Source: Lama glama (lineage: Eukaryota). Taken from it: DNA of 64,000 nt. The notes below the pieces were generated by a model, which was given only the letters and a program-made list of their open reading frames with translations, ran no database searches and was not told the DNA's origin. Position numbers and translations under genes: made by a program. The stretch lies in contig CM052817.1 in NCBI GenBank assembly GCA_028534125.1, forward strand, positions 106,084,001 through 106,148,000. Reading direction: 5' to 3'. Shown piece after piece: positions 14,950-27,569 of this stretch (positions are counted from its first letter, which is position 1; each line of letters begins with the position of its first letter).

Positions 14950-15327
14950 CCACAAAGGCTGTACCATCAGACTCTATGAAAAAACTGATGTCAATAGTAA
15001 TTTGTAATTTTAGTAGAAACATTTTCAAATAAATCAAAGAAGCTGGCTAAAGATAGAAAGAGATATAATGAAAAAATAGCAGAAAAATCCTAGAAGACAA
15101 TTCAACAGAGACCACTATGATTGAAAAAACAGAGGAGAATGAGGGAGAAGAAATATTTCCCACAAATGGACAAATATTAAAGGAAAAAAAATCAGCTACT
15201 AGTGAAATGTAAATCTCAATGAGACCATTGATATGGTTTGGAGAAACAATGCAGAAAACAGACAAAATAAGAGATTAGTAATAGCAATTAAAAAGAGAAG
15301 GATGAAGTTATTTAAAACAAATCATTG

Positions 15328-15970
15328 AATGTCTATGAGTCTGTTTCTGTTTTATAAATAAGTTAGTCTGTCTCTTTTTTAGATTCTACATATAACTGAT
15401 ATCATATCGTATTTTTCTTTCTCTGTCTGACTTACTTCACTTAGAATGACAATCTCCAGGTCCATTTATGTTGCTGCACATGGCATTATTTTATTCTTTT
15501 TTATGGCTGAGTAGTATTCCATCGTATAAATATACCACAGCTTCTTTATCCAGTCATCTGTCGATGGACATTTAGGCTGTTTCCATGTCTTAGCTATTGT
15601 AAATAATGCTGCTCTGAACACTGGGGTGCATGTATCTTTTTGAATAAGGTTCCCTCTGGGTATATGCCTAGGAGTGGGATTGCTAGATTATAAACTTATG
15701 GTTACCAAGGGGGAAAGGTGTAGGAAGGGATAAATTGGGAGTTTGAGATTTGCAGATACTGACTGGGTATATATAAACTAGATAAACAAGTTCATACTGT
15801 ATAGCATAGGGAACTATACTGGATATCTTTTAGTAGTTTATGGTGAAAAAATATGAAAACGAATTTATATATAGTCAAGTATGACTGAAGCATTGTGCTG
15901 TACACCAGAAATTGACAAAACATTGTAAACTGACTATGACTCAATAAAAAAAAAATACAAAAAAAAAAAG
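15328..15970 (+). mobile_element. 5'-inverted young L1 3' end
   Basis: 15328-15688 is antisense L1 3' sequence; 15690-15970 is sense L1 3' end plus poly(A). Confidence 0.88.
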
Positions 15971-16019
15971 CCAACAGCAAGCAAGCAAGCAAGGTGAAAC
16001 TCCATGAATGCAGTAGAAG

Positions 16020-16450
16020 CTGTTGTCCGCAGGCTGAAGGGTCATTTTCATGTTCACGTGCCACCTCTCTCTCCCTTGCTCTCTCTCTCACCCCACCCCT
16101 TCTCTTTCCTAAACCCTCTTTTAAGAGGCCTTCCAACTGTTTAACTCATGCCTACAAAGGATAACCTCCCCTCCACTGGATAAGCCAGGCCCACCCTAGG
16201 TAATCTCCCTAACTTAAAGACAACTGATTAATGACTTTAATGACATCTGCAAACTTCCTTCCCAGCAGCACCCCTACCCGTGCTCAGTTAAATCACTGGG
16301 AGGAAGTGTATGTGTGTTACAAGGTGGCTGTGCTTCACCCTCCAGCTCTCACAAAACAACATCTCTCGGAGCCCACCCTCTCTGGAAACGCACTACAAAG
16401 GGAATTCTGAAGGACACAGTTTAGCCCAGCCAAGCTGACACACCCCAAAC
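16020..16450. mobile_element. MLT2-like (ERVL) LTR fragment
   Basis: aggcccacc...aatctccctaacttaaagacaactgatt...acatctgcaaa...tagcccagccaagctgacaca. Confidence 0.65.
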
Positions 16451-16629
16451 TCCTAACTCACAGAAACTAAAATATAATAAAAGTTTATCACTGTTGGAAA
16501 AAGCTCACTGAAAACCTAAATCAACCCTTCAGCAGTGACATGGAAAAAAAAAAAAACCTAACTAATGAGAAGTTATAATACAAATATTATGTAAAAGTAA
16601 AAGTAAAAGGATCAATGTCTCTAAGTTAA

Positions 16630-16668
16630 TCTATCTATCTATCTGTCTATCTATCTATCTATCTATAT
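16630..16668 (+). repeat. (CTAT)n microsatellite
   Basis: ctatctatctatctgtctatctatctatct. Confidence 0.85.
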
Positions 16669-18623
16669 ATACATAATATATATAAAGATTGTATAAAGAA
16701 TATCTCCGAAAGTTACTTAAAAACTAGGAAAACTCCAGAAAACTCTGAAGGGGGATCTGGATGTCTAAGAGAAAGGGAATTTAACTTTTGTACCCCTTGA
16801 GTGTATCTTTATGTGCATGTGTGTGTGTGTCCCTGAGCATCTAATTTAAAGAGAAAGCTCCTCTGACACTTTCTAATTTCATGTCTTTTATAACTTAATA
16901 ATCTCTACCTGTAATGTTAAATATGCCCTTTAAAAAGGTTTTCATCACCTCAGAAGAAAAAAGAAGTTTTAAGTGTCATATAATACCTAGAGACAATAAG
17001 TAAAAGGTTAATAACAATGGAAATTTTCTATATGAAGAACACTATAAAAAAAAAGTCAAGGAAAAACAATAAAATCAGGAAAAAATTACAGTTTATATGA
17101 GTGAACTAAAGATAATTTTACCTTTATTTACATATAAGAAATTTATAAAGAATGTACTCAGACACAAGAAGTTGGCTAAGGATTTTAAAAATTGTTCACA
17201 GAACAAGGCATCCTAAAAGAGATCTTCTACTACAGTGATAATTAAAGAAATAAAATTTAAAACTATTTTCAATTAATCTGATAGGCAACCATCACAAAGA
17301 TGTAAAACCTATTTGTGGTCACAAGTTTAGAGAAAGAAGTGCCACCTTTTGTTACTTTAAGAGAGTGCCAATGGATAAAAACCTCAATTGAAGTTAATTG
17401 GAAATAGCTGTCAAGATTATAAAAACTGGAACTACCGCTTTAAATATGTGGAAAATGATGTGTGTAAAATTGTATTAGCTGTATTCATCATAGCAAGATA
17501 TTTGAAAAACTCTGGAAGCCAATTAACAAGTTTAAATACATTAGTGGGTTGACATACTTTGGTATGACATAAAGTTGGTTAGAAGTTTGAGTAACTCCAT
17601 AGGGACCAGTGTGGAAAGTTTATCTAGATGTACTCTGACATAAGAAAGACAATTGTATTAAGAAGTTACTTAAAAAACTAGAAAATTTTCTGAAGAGGGG
17701 ATTTAGGTCTCTAAGAGAGAAAATATGGGTAGATATTTTTTAATATTTATCCTTTGTGCAACCTGAATGTATATGTGTGTGTGTGTGTATATGCACATAT
17801 TCTTAATTTATATATATACATTCAATATATATAATATTCATAATATAAACAGAAACATTAAAAAACATAAAATCACCAAATCAGAAATTACAAAAAACAA
17901 AACAGATTAACTGAATTGCTCCATATCTAGAGATACAGCAGTGGAAAATGGCTGGTGAGAAAGATTTAGTGTAAACAGGGGAAAAAATATCTGTAATGAA
18001 AAATGATTATATGAATAAAAGCATTTAAAAATATTTTCAGTTATTCAAAATATATTAAAAGGTGTTATAAAGAAGACTCCAGAGCCAAAGGTTTTATAGA
18101 GACAATAGCCCATTGTGTAGTACAATATAGTAATGAGCACAGACCAAATTAAAAACAGAAACAATGGAAAAGGGAATTAAAAACAGGAAAGTTATAATAG
18201 AGGAGCAGCAGAATGAGAGAAGAAAGATAATGTTTTCACAATGGATGTGATACATGCATAGTGTGCATGTCCTTGTGTGTGTTCATATGTTTTCCCCCAA
18301 GCATAAATAAAGATACAAAAGATACAAAAAGTGGAATTCATAGAACCCTCACACAATGGAGAAGCTGCTCTCGGTGGCAGAATTTGAAGTGCGAGAACGC
18401 TATCAGAAACACCATCTTATATAAGACACTAAAAATAATGTAACAGCCACTGAAGAAATTAAAAGGGGATGAAATACTGGAGATGAAGTGGGCTGACACT
18501 TGATTCTGTTAGACTTTTCAGACGTATCTAAATAACCCTCTGTAGGATTTTTCATTTAGGGGAGGAATGGAGTAAACATTATCAATAAAGATGCATGTGT
18601 TCTCTTTAAAGGATAGGTAAGGA

Positions 18624-18753
18624 GGAGGGAGGGTATAGCTCAAGTGGTAGAGCATGAGTTTAGCATGCATGAGGTCCTGGGTTCAATCCCCAGTACCTTC
18701 ACTGAAAAACCGAATAAATCAGTATCTCCTCCTTGCAAAAATAAATAAATAAG

Positions 18754-18788
<35 letters not shown>

Positions 18789-18790
18789 AA
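18624..18790 (+). mobile_element. tRNA-derived SINE (camelid Vic-1 type) with (TAAA)n tail
   Basis: GGGAGGGTATAGCTCAAGTGGTAGAGC (A box) ... GGTTCAATCCC (B box), tRNA-Ala-like head, A-rich tail. Confidence 0.88.
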
Positions 18791-19707
18791 ATGTGGACTA
18801 TTGGAATCGGAAGCTACTAAGATGATTTAACACTAATGAATAGAAGATTTTTTTTTTCAGATTACATTCTTCCTTTCAGATTTGCTTTCCCACCAATGCA
18901 GGATGAATGAGAGACAGCATATGAGAAAATCTCCAGTGGTACTGTAGTGGTGACAAGAACAGAAAGACAGTGAATACAAAGAAAACACAGAATAGCCCAA
19001 AGATGGCAGGGTGAAGGAATTCTCCTTTAATCAAAAATATGTTTATATTGGAATACAACTCTGTTTAATTACTTTCTAAAGAAATACTATGTCAGCTAAA
19101 CTGCCTGGTTGTATGACAGAAAAGATCAATAAAGTACATCTCATTATCCATGAGGAAATGCAGAAACCAATTACAATTAACTAAAGAAATGAATGAAGAC
19201 TTATTACCCTCTCTATGTACATGGAGTTTGTAAAGACTGTACAGAGAAAGCATTTATAAAATTTAAGCTGTCAAAAGAAAAGGATACAAATATTGCAGGT
19301 GTAGAAATCGGGTGGATTAAATTAGTCAATAATTGAAAACAATAGAGCTTAGAGAAATATATTTGATTAAATTAGAGCAAGACACAACAATCAGTAAAAC
19401 AAATGGTGTCTATAGAGAAATTACATGCCATTGAGTTAGTATCCACAGCAAAAGGTGAGAAGGAAACTGTGAAAAGATGGCGTACTTTTGAAGGAAATCT
19501 ACCCCCTTAAAAACACGTATGTGTCTATCACAGAAGGGTTGGTATAGCAGGCTCAGAAAGATGTCCATTATACTTTAAGAAGACACAAAAATACATTGGC
19601 AAAGTTATGAAAAAAATGTAAGAATGGTTATGCAAATCAGCAATTAATCGAGTTGGCTCCCAAACAGAGGTGCAGTTTCCCCTGTCCCCAAAGATCCCAG
19701 ATATTCA

Positions 19708-20177
19708 TTAAGAGAGCAAAGATTCAATAAATGGAGTTTGCCAATTTTGTGGGGGTTTATGCTCGTCTACACTTCCAAGCCCTTCTGAGAACTCTGTGCG
19801 CCTGAGCTCCCAAGATGCTCTTCCATCCAGAACAATGCCATGATATTCCTGAAGGTCTACTGTTATATGAGAGAAGCCAAGCTCAGGTTTCCTGTAATAT
19901 CTTTCAATCAATGCTGATTCCAAACCCTCCTCAAAACTGATCCTCAAAAGTAAAGGAGGGAACTGTGTTAATAACTGGGAAGTATCATTGGAACACAAGT
20001 GTCTCATTGAGCAGATTCTGAGGTTAATTTTCTGTTGCATTAGTTCTTTGAGTGTCACTGAAGTATGTAGTCTCATGGAAGAGACCCTTTTTTTAATCAT
20101 TAACCAATTGCCTACATTCACTTCCTGTTCTGATACAACACTGTGGACTCCAGACCTCAAGTCATATCACTGGGAGC
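19708..20177 (-). pseudogene. Terminal coding exon of the decayed gene
   Basis: Acceptor TTCTCCTTGTTCTCTGAAAG. One TGA at 20169-20167, then a 150-aa open frame (LRSGVHSVV...LQEYHGIVLDGRASWELRRTEF...LLS) ending TAA TGA. Non-repetitive sequence. Confidence 0.78.
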
Positions 20178-20329
20178 CTTTCAGAGAACAAGGAGAAAGT
20201 TTTCACATAATATTTTCACTTTGATGGTCATAAAACACCTTAGAAATCTTAGGTGGAAGATAAAATCTATCTGGAGATGGTGCAAAACTGCTACTGGGGT
20301 ATAATTTCATCACAAACATTTGTACTTAC

Positions 20330-20368
20330 ACTCATGATATTGTTGGTGACAAATATCCTGTGTTTTCT
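20330..20368 (-). pseudogene. 39-nt internal exon (phase 1-1), KTQDICHQQYHE
   Basis: Strong acceptor TTTTGTTCTTTCTTTATTACCCAG and donor GTAAGT; open and in phase with both neighbours. Confidence 0.8.
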
Positions 20369-21303
20369 CTGGGTAATAAAGAAAGAACAAAAGCAGAAAA
20401 TATATAAATGTTGTTATCATATCAAATGAAAGCCAGATGATAAAATGGCAAATTCCATTCTCTAATAAAAAGAAAATAGAAGAAAACCATAAAAAAAAGC
20501 AACAAGAACAATTGCCTTCTCTAAGGTAAAGAGTAGAAATCACAGTTTTAATTCTCAAAAATTGTGGATTTCCAGAAATATTTCAAAAACTTTTAATATT
20601 TTTATAGTAATTTTCAGAGACTGCAGAAGTAGATTATTAAAAATGAATGAACCTAGTTTATACTAAGTACTTGAATGGGCTTTTTCTTTAATGTTTTGTC
20701 TGTTTGTTACAAATAATAACACCATGTTTTACCTGCAGTGATCTCATTGTACTATCTCCATGCTCTGATTTGACATTTTCAAGGCCAAACAAGCAAATTG
20801 GAGATAGAGCTGCTAGCCGTACAAAGAAAATGTTCATTGATTCAAATGGGGCTTTGTAATTTAACTCAATGAGCCTGTCTCATATGAAACATTTCTAAAA
20901 CAGCATTGTGTATTTTTAGTTAATTACATTTTTAGTTATACCAAAGAGTTAAGAAACTATACATTGTATAAAATTAAGAAAAAATTGATCCAATATACAT
21001 GAAAATGTATAGGCAGATAAATCCTATATAATGATTTTAATTTTTCTTGAAAATTATAGAACATATTTTAATAAGTATGTAGAAAAACTAAGCAATTTTA
21101 CAGAATAGGTAATAAATGTTAAACCACCTATCCAGCATCCAGGCCCAAAATGGAAGATGGTCATAACCCACAAGTCACGTGAATGGCTCTACTGATTTCC
21201 CCCGCCCTCAGTTCCTTCCTAAGTTAACATGAGCAAACTGCTATACTCCACAACCCCCAATATTTGTGTCCCAGAGTCTTTTAGATCCCAAGGCTCCTCT
21301 TAC

Positions 21304-21355
21304 GTAGCCTACCATCTGAAGCCTTGGCATCTTCCAACGAATTATTTCCTTTTGT
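21304..21355 (-). pseudogene. 52-nt internal exon (phase 0-1), TKGNNSLEDAKASDGRL
   Basis: Acceptor CTCTCACATCCCTTGTCCACCAG, donor GTAAGA; open and phase-compatible. Confidence 0.78.
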
Positions 21356-21639
21356 CTGGTGGACAAGGGATGTGAGAGGCAAACAAATTGAACAGAAGTA
21401 TGAAAAAGTATCATGTATCACCTGTGATGATGAGAGTTATAGTCTAACCTCAACTAGAAGGAAAAGGAAAAAAATATTTGGTGAAACCCCCATCTTTGTC
21501 ACTATTTTCCAGTTCCCTGCTCTTCCCATGCTGAGTTGAAAGCTATTAATCTCGTTCCATTCTTTATAGATTTTACTACCCACACGTCTATCCCTAAACA
21601 TAAAAGGATGTGAAACTTTGTTTTCTAATGTTACGTTAT

Positions 21640-22510
21640 TTCTCTCCATGTTGTGTGCTGCAGTTAATTCATGATGTGATGTGGCACATTGTTTCACCAT
21701 GGCATAGTATCCCACTGTATGGGTGTCGCAGGGCATATTTGTCTCTTCTACTGTTAGTGAACATTTGGTTTGGTTTTATGTTTGTTATTATCACCAATGC
21801 TCGAATAAATATTTTATATATCCCCTGCTGCACGTATTTTTTTCTTTCATCTATTTTCTTTGTTTTTGATTATTTTTTTTAGCTTCTTGAGCTCCAAGTT
21901 TTGGTCATTGATTTTTGATATCTCTTCCTTTCTAATATATGCATTTAGAACAATAAACACTGCTGCAGCCGCACCCCAAGATTTATAATTTGACTTATTT
22001 TTATTACTGTTTTATGCAAAATACTGTTAAATTTTTATTATATTTATTTTTGACCCCCTTGATTTTTAAGTGTGCTGTTTCATTTGCAAATATTTGAGAA
22101 TTTCCTAGTTATGTCTCTGGTACTTATTCCTATGTTAATTCCACTATAATAAGGGGACATAATTCTTTATATGTGTTGTTTTCAAATGTGTTGTGACTTG
22201 TTTTATGCCCCAACATCTGGTCTCTTTGACGAAACATTCCCTGTGTACTTGAAAAGAATATGTCGTTTGCAGCTGTTGGGTGTAATGTTCTATATATGTC
22301 AATTAGGTCAAATTGATTAAATGTCTGATTCAAATTTTTTATATTGTTACTGATTCTTTTTTTTTTCTTTTTGTCTGCTTCTCTTACCAGGTTCTGCAAA
22401 ACCTGTGTTAAATGCCCAACCATGATTGGGGAATTTTTTTTTCCTTTTAGTTCTATTAACTTCTGTTTTATATTTTTAAAATGATGTTATCAGATACTTA
22501 CACATTTAAA
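21640..22510 (-). mobile_element. Old L1M fragments (3' UTR and endonuclease region)
   Basis: ORF 22130-22423 reads LNQTFNQFDLIDIYRTLHPT...FFSSTQGMF...DQMLGHKT, the L1 endonuclease motif. Confidence 0.85.
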
Positions 22511-22519
22511 ATGAACTTT

Positions 22520-23040
22520 TTAAAATAATGCATGAAGAAGAACAGCAGAAGAATGCACGTACTTGTAGGAGGGAGCTGGCAAATCATGGAAGACCGTGTA
22601 GTTCATTGGAGCAACTGTGATGTTCACTGGACGTGAGATGGAGGCGACTGAAGGGTTTTGACCAGAAGAGAGATGTGAAATGACTGATCAATGTGGCCTC
22701 TGCATGGAAAATAAACTGTAACAGAGCAAGGGGAGTATCGGGGAGACCATTTAAGAATACCTCGTTTTAATCTAAGTGAGAGATGAGGATAAAGTGGGAG
22801 GAGTAATTGAATTCTGTATATATTTTTAAAGCAGAAGCAAGAGAACACCCTAATGAGTGTGGGTGGCAGGGTTGGGGGTGGGGAGGAGAGAGTGAGAAAA
22901 ACAAAGGAGAAAAGACAACTTCCAGTGGTTTTGGTCTCAGAAATTTGAAGAATGGCACCATTGTCAGTTGCGATGAAAGATTACACACGTGTTAACGGTG
23001 AGGCATGCAATCAAGCGTATGGCCATCAAGCTGCCTATTC
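22520..23040. mobile_element. L2 fragment
   Basis: gaagggttttgaccagaagagagatgtg...gtgagagatgagg...ggttttggtctcag typical of L2. Confidence 0.6.
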
Positions 23041-24986
23041 CTCTAAATAAGATGTTGGGTCTGCGTAAGTGTAAATTTAAAAACTAATTTCTCCTAAAAA
23101 AGATATTTCACATTTTTTTGTGTTTTCAGTGACATGGAATAAGCCCACAGTATACAGTATGGTTATAATACATTACAGTTGTAAACTCTTTACTTTGTAA
23201 ACTAAACAAGGTCGATTTGATTCAAGAATTAGGAAAGTGAAGGAATAAATTTGCAGAGATTCTGGCTTTTCACAGTTTTCTTTCCTCAGTAATTCATTTA
23301 TGTAAGTATAAATGATAGAATACAAGAGACGCTTATACTAAGTTCTGTCTGTGTCCTTTATAAACTTGAGTGTGTCCTTTATCAATTTGGAAAATTGTGG
23401 ATTTTATTTCTCTCAAGCCAGCACTCTTGGTTAGTTTAAATTTAACCTCATATATTTAGCAAAATGCCATAGGACTACAAATGACACCTTTCTCTAATTT
23501 GAAGAAGACACATTTTATTTCCTGCTGAGGCTTAACAGTACCTCTCTCCTTTTTCTCTCTTTTTTTTTTTTTTTAATTCCTAGAGTGTTATATAATGGAT
23601 TCTAATTTTGATACACTTCCTTGGGCTAAATTGCTCCATTTCCATCAAGACAAAAGCCTCCCCTGGCTCACCAGCTAAGCACCCATCCCATTGTGTCCAG
23701 TCCCAAATGAAGCTTTAGACCCTCTACAAATTATTAATATAATTTTCAAAGACATATACTTAATGAGAGTCATTTTAACACTGATAATAGTTAGAGAGCT
23801 TCTATAATAAGTAAACCCTTCTAGGTAAGATAGTATCAGAATGTTACTCCCTGCTGTTTTTTCATTGTCTGCTAAAAGCAGTCACTCGAGAAGAAAAAGT
23901 GAATTGAATTAGAAAAGACAAATAAAAGTAGAAATCTTTACAAATGAATGAGTCATGTTATCATTTATATTCTACTGTTTCTACTCTACGGTTTACCTCT
24001 ATGAGTGTCTTTATTGAGAAATGAAAGGTTTCCATCACCTAAACTTATACATTAGAGTGAATTATATTTTTCCTTCTGCGGAAGCTGACTTAATTCATCT
24101 ATTTATTGGTGAGATGTAAGTTAATGTATACAAGTTTATCTTAAATTTATACCATGCTTTATGTCAATTACATCTCCATAAAACCGGAAAAGATGTGTTT
24201 CTTAAGTTGAAATTATTCCTTACCTATGGTCCAAATGTTTCCTTTTGTAACAAAATAGTATAATAAAGGCAAGATGAAAAATTGAGAAAAAAGGTTAGAG
24301 TGTAGTTTAAAGCTTACATTTGCAACCAAAAGATAAATAGTTGAATTATGGCATCAAAATAAATTCTGTGAGACAAGGTTTTATTTTTAAGTGGCATGTC
24401 AGAAAGACAATTAGGTAACATAAATAAAAATTGTTATACAGTTTTCTTGTTAGTGTAGGAGAAACATTCAACACTACAGTACATCTGCATATGCTTTTAA
24501 ATGATATTTTCACTAATATGTTAAGAACATTGATGGGGTTTCATATTTTGTTTAAAATTTAATACTTATAAAAACATTTTAATGTTAAATTTAAAAAGAA
24601 TACAATAATATCCCAATCTACAGTAACCTTAATGAAAAAGTAGAGTGAATAGACTAATATTATAGACTGAGCTGGCAGGTAAAGTTCCCTAAATTTTGTG
24701 TATATGTGATTAAGAAAAAAAAATGTGTAATAATAAAAACATAAAATACAAAGTGTTTTACTACTGTCCTTTAAAGAGCTGAGTTTTTTACAAGTATCAC
24801 AGAATATAACTGAGCCAAAATTTTAGCATGACATTTAATGTTGCAAAGGGTTTTTAGCCAAACATCCCACTGCATCTCCCCAGTACCTTATAAATAGGCT
24901 GGATAGATTATACTTTTTCTCAAACTACAATCTCTCTTCTGCATGGACGGGGGTGTCCTTTAGGTCTTGTGTGAACACTCACTTAC

Positions 24987-25380
24987 CCTTGAAGCTTGTT
25001 TTTTTACTGTCCTCCTCCTTCCAGACATGAAGATTTACTCTTTCTCGAATGCTTTGAATATATCAGCATCACCATACTCATTGGTAGCCTGAGATTTGGA
25101 CGAGTTTCTGATGGATGGCGACTCACTGGCTGGGTTCCAGAAGATGGAACCCAAATGTAGCCACAGAATGAAAGACAGCATTTTCATGAGTTTCTGGCTC
25201 TGTTTGATCATTGTTGGTGATGTATCAATACATGCCATGAGAGAAAGAAGCAGTTCTCAGTGAAAAAGTTGCTCCACAGACACCTGGTTGGAAATTGTTA
25301 TTTCCAAATTGTGGGAGAAGCCATCGTCAGTCTTTTCACACATAGAAAGGAACAGGGACTGTACTTTTTCACATTGACAT
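24987..25380 (-). pseudogene. 394-nt internal exon (phase 2-0) with two premature stops
   Basis: Acceptor CCATTCCTTTCAG, donor AGG/GTAAGT. Frame CQCEKVQSLFLSM...QLFH*ELLLSLMACID...FEKE*IFMSGRRRTVKKQASR with TGA at 25259-25257 and TAA at 25037-25035. Confidence 0.82.
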
Positions 25381-25440
25381 CTGAAAGGAATGGCAGTGAA
25401 TCACTGAGACTCGACTTCATTAACCCAGCGGACATTTATT

Positions 25441-26112
25441 ATTTTTTCTCTTTTTTTTAAATTGACATACAGTCAGTTTACAATGTTGTGTTAGTTTCCA
25501 GTATACAGCATGGTGGTTCAATTATACATATATATATTTCATTTCACATTCTTTTTCATTGTAAGTTATTAAAAGGTATTAAAAATAGTTCCCTGTGCTA
25601 TACAATAGGACTTTGTTGTTTACCTACTTTATATACAATAGTCAGTATCTGCCAATGTAGAATTCCCAGTTTATCCCTCCATCCCCGCCTTTCCTCTCTG
25701 ATAACCATAAGTTGTTTTTCTATGTCTGTGACTCTATTTCTATTTTGTAAATAAGTTCATTTGTGTCATTTTTTTTCCTAAGATTCCACATATAAGTGAT
25801 ACCATGTGATATTTTTCTTTCTCTTTCTGGCTTACTTCACTTAGTATGACAATCTCCAGGTCCATTTACGTTGCTGTAAATGGCATTATTTTATTATTTT
25901 TTATGGCTGAGTAGTATTCCATTTTAAATATATACCACATCTTCTTTATCTAGTCATCTATTGATGGACATTTAGGTTGCTGTCATGACCTGGCTTCTGT
26001 GAATAGTGCTTCTATGAATAGTGCTTCTATGAATAGTGCTTCTATGAATATTGGGGTGCATGTTTCTTTTTGAATTAGCATTTCCTCTGGATATAAGTCC
26101 AGAAATGGGATT
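25441..26112 (-). mobile_element. Young 5'-truncated L1 with 16-bp TSD
   Basis: Antisense L1 3' end; TSD ccagc(g/a)gacatttatt at 25425-25440 and 26113-26128; internal triplicated 15-mer gaatagtgcttctat. Confidence 0.92.
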
Positions 26113-26708
26113 CCAGCAGACATTTATTTCATATTCACTCTGTGCCAGGCTTTGTGAGGAGGAGAAGGATACAGAGGTGCTGGAGGTTGATAAGAAACAC
26201 AAGGTTTCTGTGATCATGGAACCTACAATAAACATTTTGACTATCATCATGCTGTACTCTGAAGACTCAAGCTAGAGTAGTTTCTGTTACTTTGCCAGAA
26301 AAACATGACCTATATTCAGTTATGATTGCTTTCTTATAGAGGTGGACACAAGGTGAGTATCTAGTATATTTATGTTCTTCAAGGATCTTACATACACACA
26401 TATAAATTCTTACTATGATTTCAAAACATGGAAGCAGGCTTTAGGATGATTTAGTCTTTCTAAGATCATATTAAGTCTTTATAAATGCCCTCTTTCTGTT
26501 CTCTAAGATGGACCCTGTACTGAAAATGTTTTTAACTGAGAACTACCCTGCTCGTCTTCCATGAGCCATAGAAATCTGCCATGAAGCATTTAGATTGCTT
26601 TGCTCCCTGAAATGTTACAGTCTGTGGTGTGATCACTCCATCTGGTTCTTTATAGTTGATTGGTGGAAATCCATCATTGATTTTTTTCCCCTTATTCTCC
26701 AGACTTAC

Positions 26709-26861
26709 GATGGTCTATCAATGTTCTCTGTGCATGTTAGTCCCCTCACCAGGGGTTCTGTGTCCACCATGGAAATGCCATGGACAGATGGGTAACTTTG
26801 AGAGAGTGTCACCTGTCTGGGGCCCACCTGCTGATGGTACATTTTCAGCACCTCGTTTGTG
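26709..26861 (-). pseudogene. 153-nt internal exon (phase 2-2), TNEVLKMYHQQVGPRQVTLSQSYPSVHGISMVDTEPLVRGLTCTENIDRP
   Basis: Acceptor TGTTCACTTACAG, donor GTAAGT; fully open. Confidence 0.82.
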
Positions 26862-27047
26862 CTGTAAGTGAACATGTGATTTCTTTGAGAAGCCATGGAC
26901 CTCCCCTTAACATGGTTAAGAGTTTATGCTGTTAGTTTCAATGATATTCTGGTCTCTTGAGTTTCTTCCTTTAGATGTCTGTCTTCTCCCCAAGATTGTG
27001 GAAAATGGATAGGAGGAAAGCCAACACTAGAGAGGATGGTGACTCAC

Positions 27048-27133
27048 CCTCCCATAATTTCCTTGAGTTTTGAGTCAAGAAGGGCCCACTTCCAGGCTTT
27101 TCATGTCCTTTAAACCATACAAACCCTTCTTCC
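27048..27133 (-). pseudogene. 86-nt internal exon (phase 0-2), GRRVCMV*RT*KAWKWALLDSKLKEIMG
   Basis: Acceptor CATTTCTCTGCCTAG, donor GTGAGT; two stops (TAA, TGA) in the phase-compatible frame. Confidence 0.72.
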
Positions 27134-27569
27134 CTAGGCAGAGAAATGTACAGTCTAGCCATCATAGGTAAAGATACTTTCCACACATGACGGAGAAAGC
27201 TTATAATCCTTTGATTTGGTTTTTTTATATGATAGCACTTTTATATCATCTCTTAATAAGTTTGGCTTAAACCCTGTTATGTTAGGAGAGGGGTCCTTTT
27301 TGAAACACCAGCGAGTTAATATCAAATATTTCGATCACTACTGTTATTTCTCTCTAAAAATCCTAATCACATCCTCTGTAAAACTCTGTGGTAGCTGGAT
27401 TTCTGAGATTGGCTGGAGTTAAATCATGCAAAATAAAATGTAAAAGAAAACACTGTATGTATTTTTAAAAATAGTACTACTAAAGCATGCTTATTTACTA
27501 ATAACATTTCCTTGATTCAAATACATGTACTCTTTAGAGTTGTTAACCTATAATTTGGGGGGGGGGTGG

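Noticed and set aside
14425..15037. Long ORFs of 178-198 aa
   Set aside because: Artefacts of the N gap (poly-X).
18628..18700. tRNA-Ala-like sequence
   Set aside because: It is the head of a SINE with a tail and a degenerate anticodon arm, not a tRNA gene.
19708..20160. 150-aa ORF as a standalone gene
   Set aside because: It starts at TTG just after an in-frame stop and is better explained as the terminal exon of the pseudogene.
25993..26050. Short regularly spaced direct repeats (CRISPR-like at a glance)
   Set aside because: A head-to-tail 15-mer slippage within an L1, with no spacers, in a eukaryotic context.
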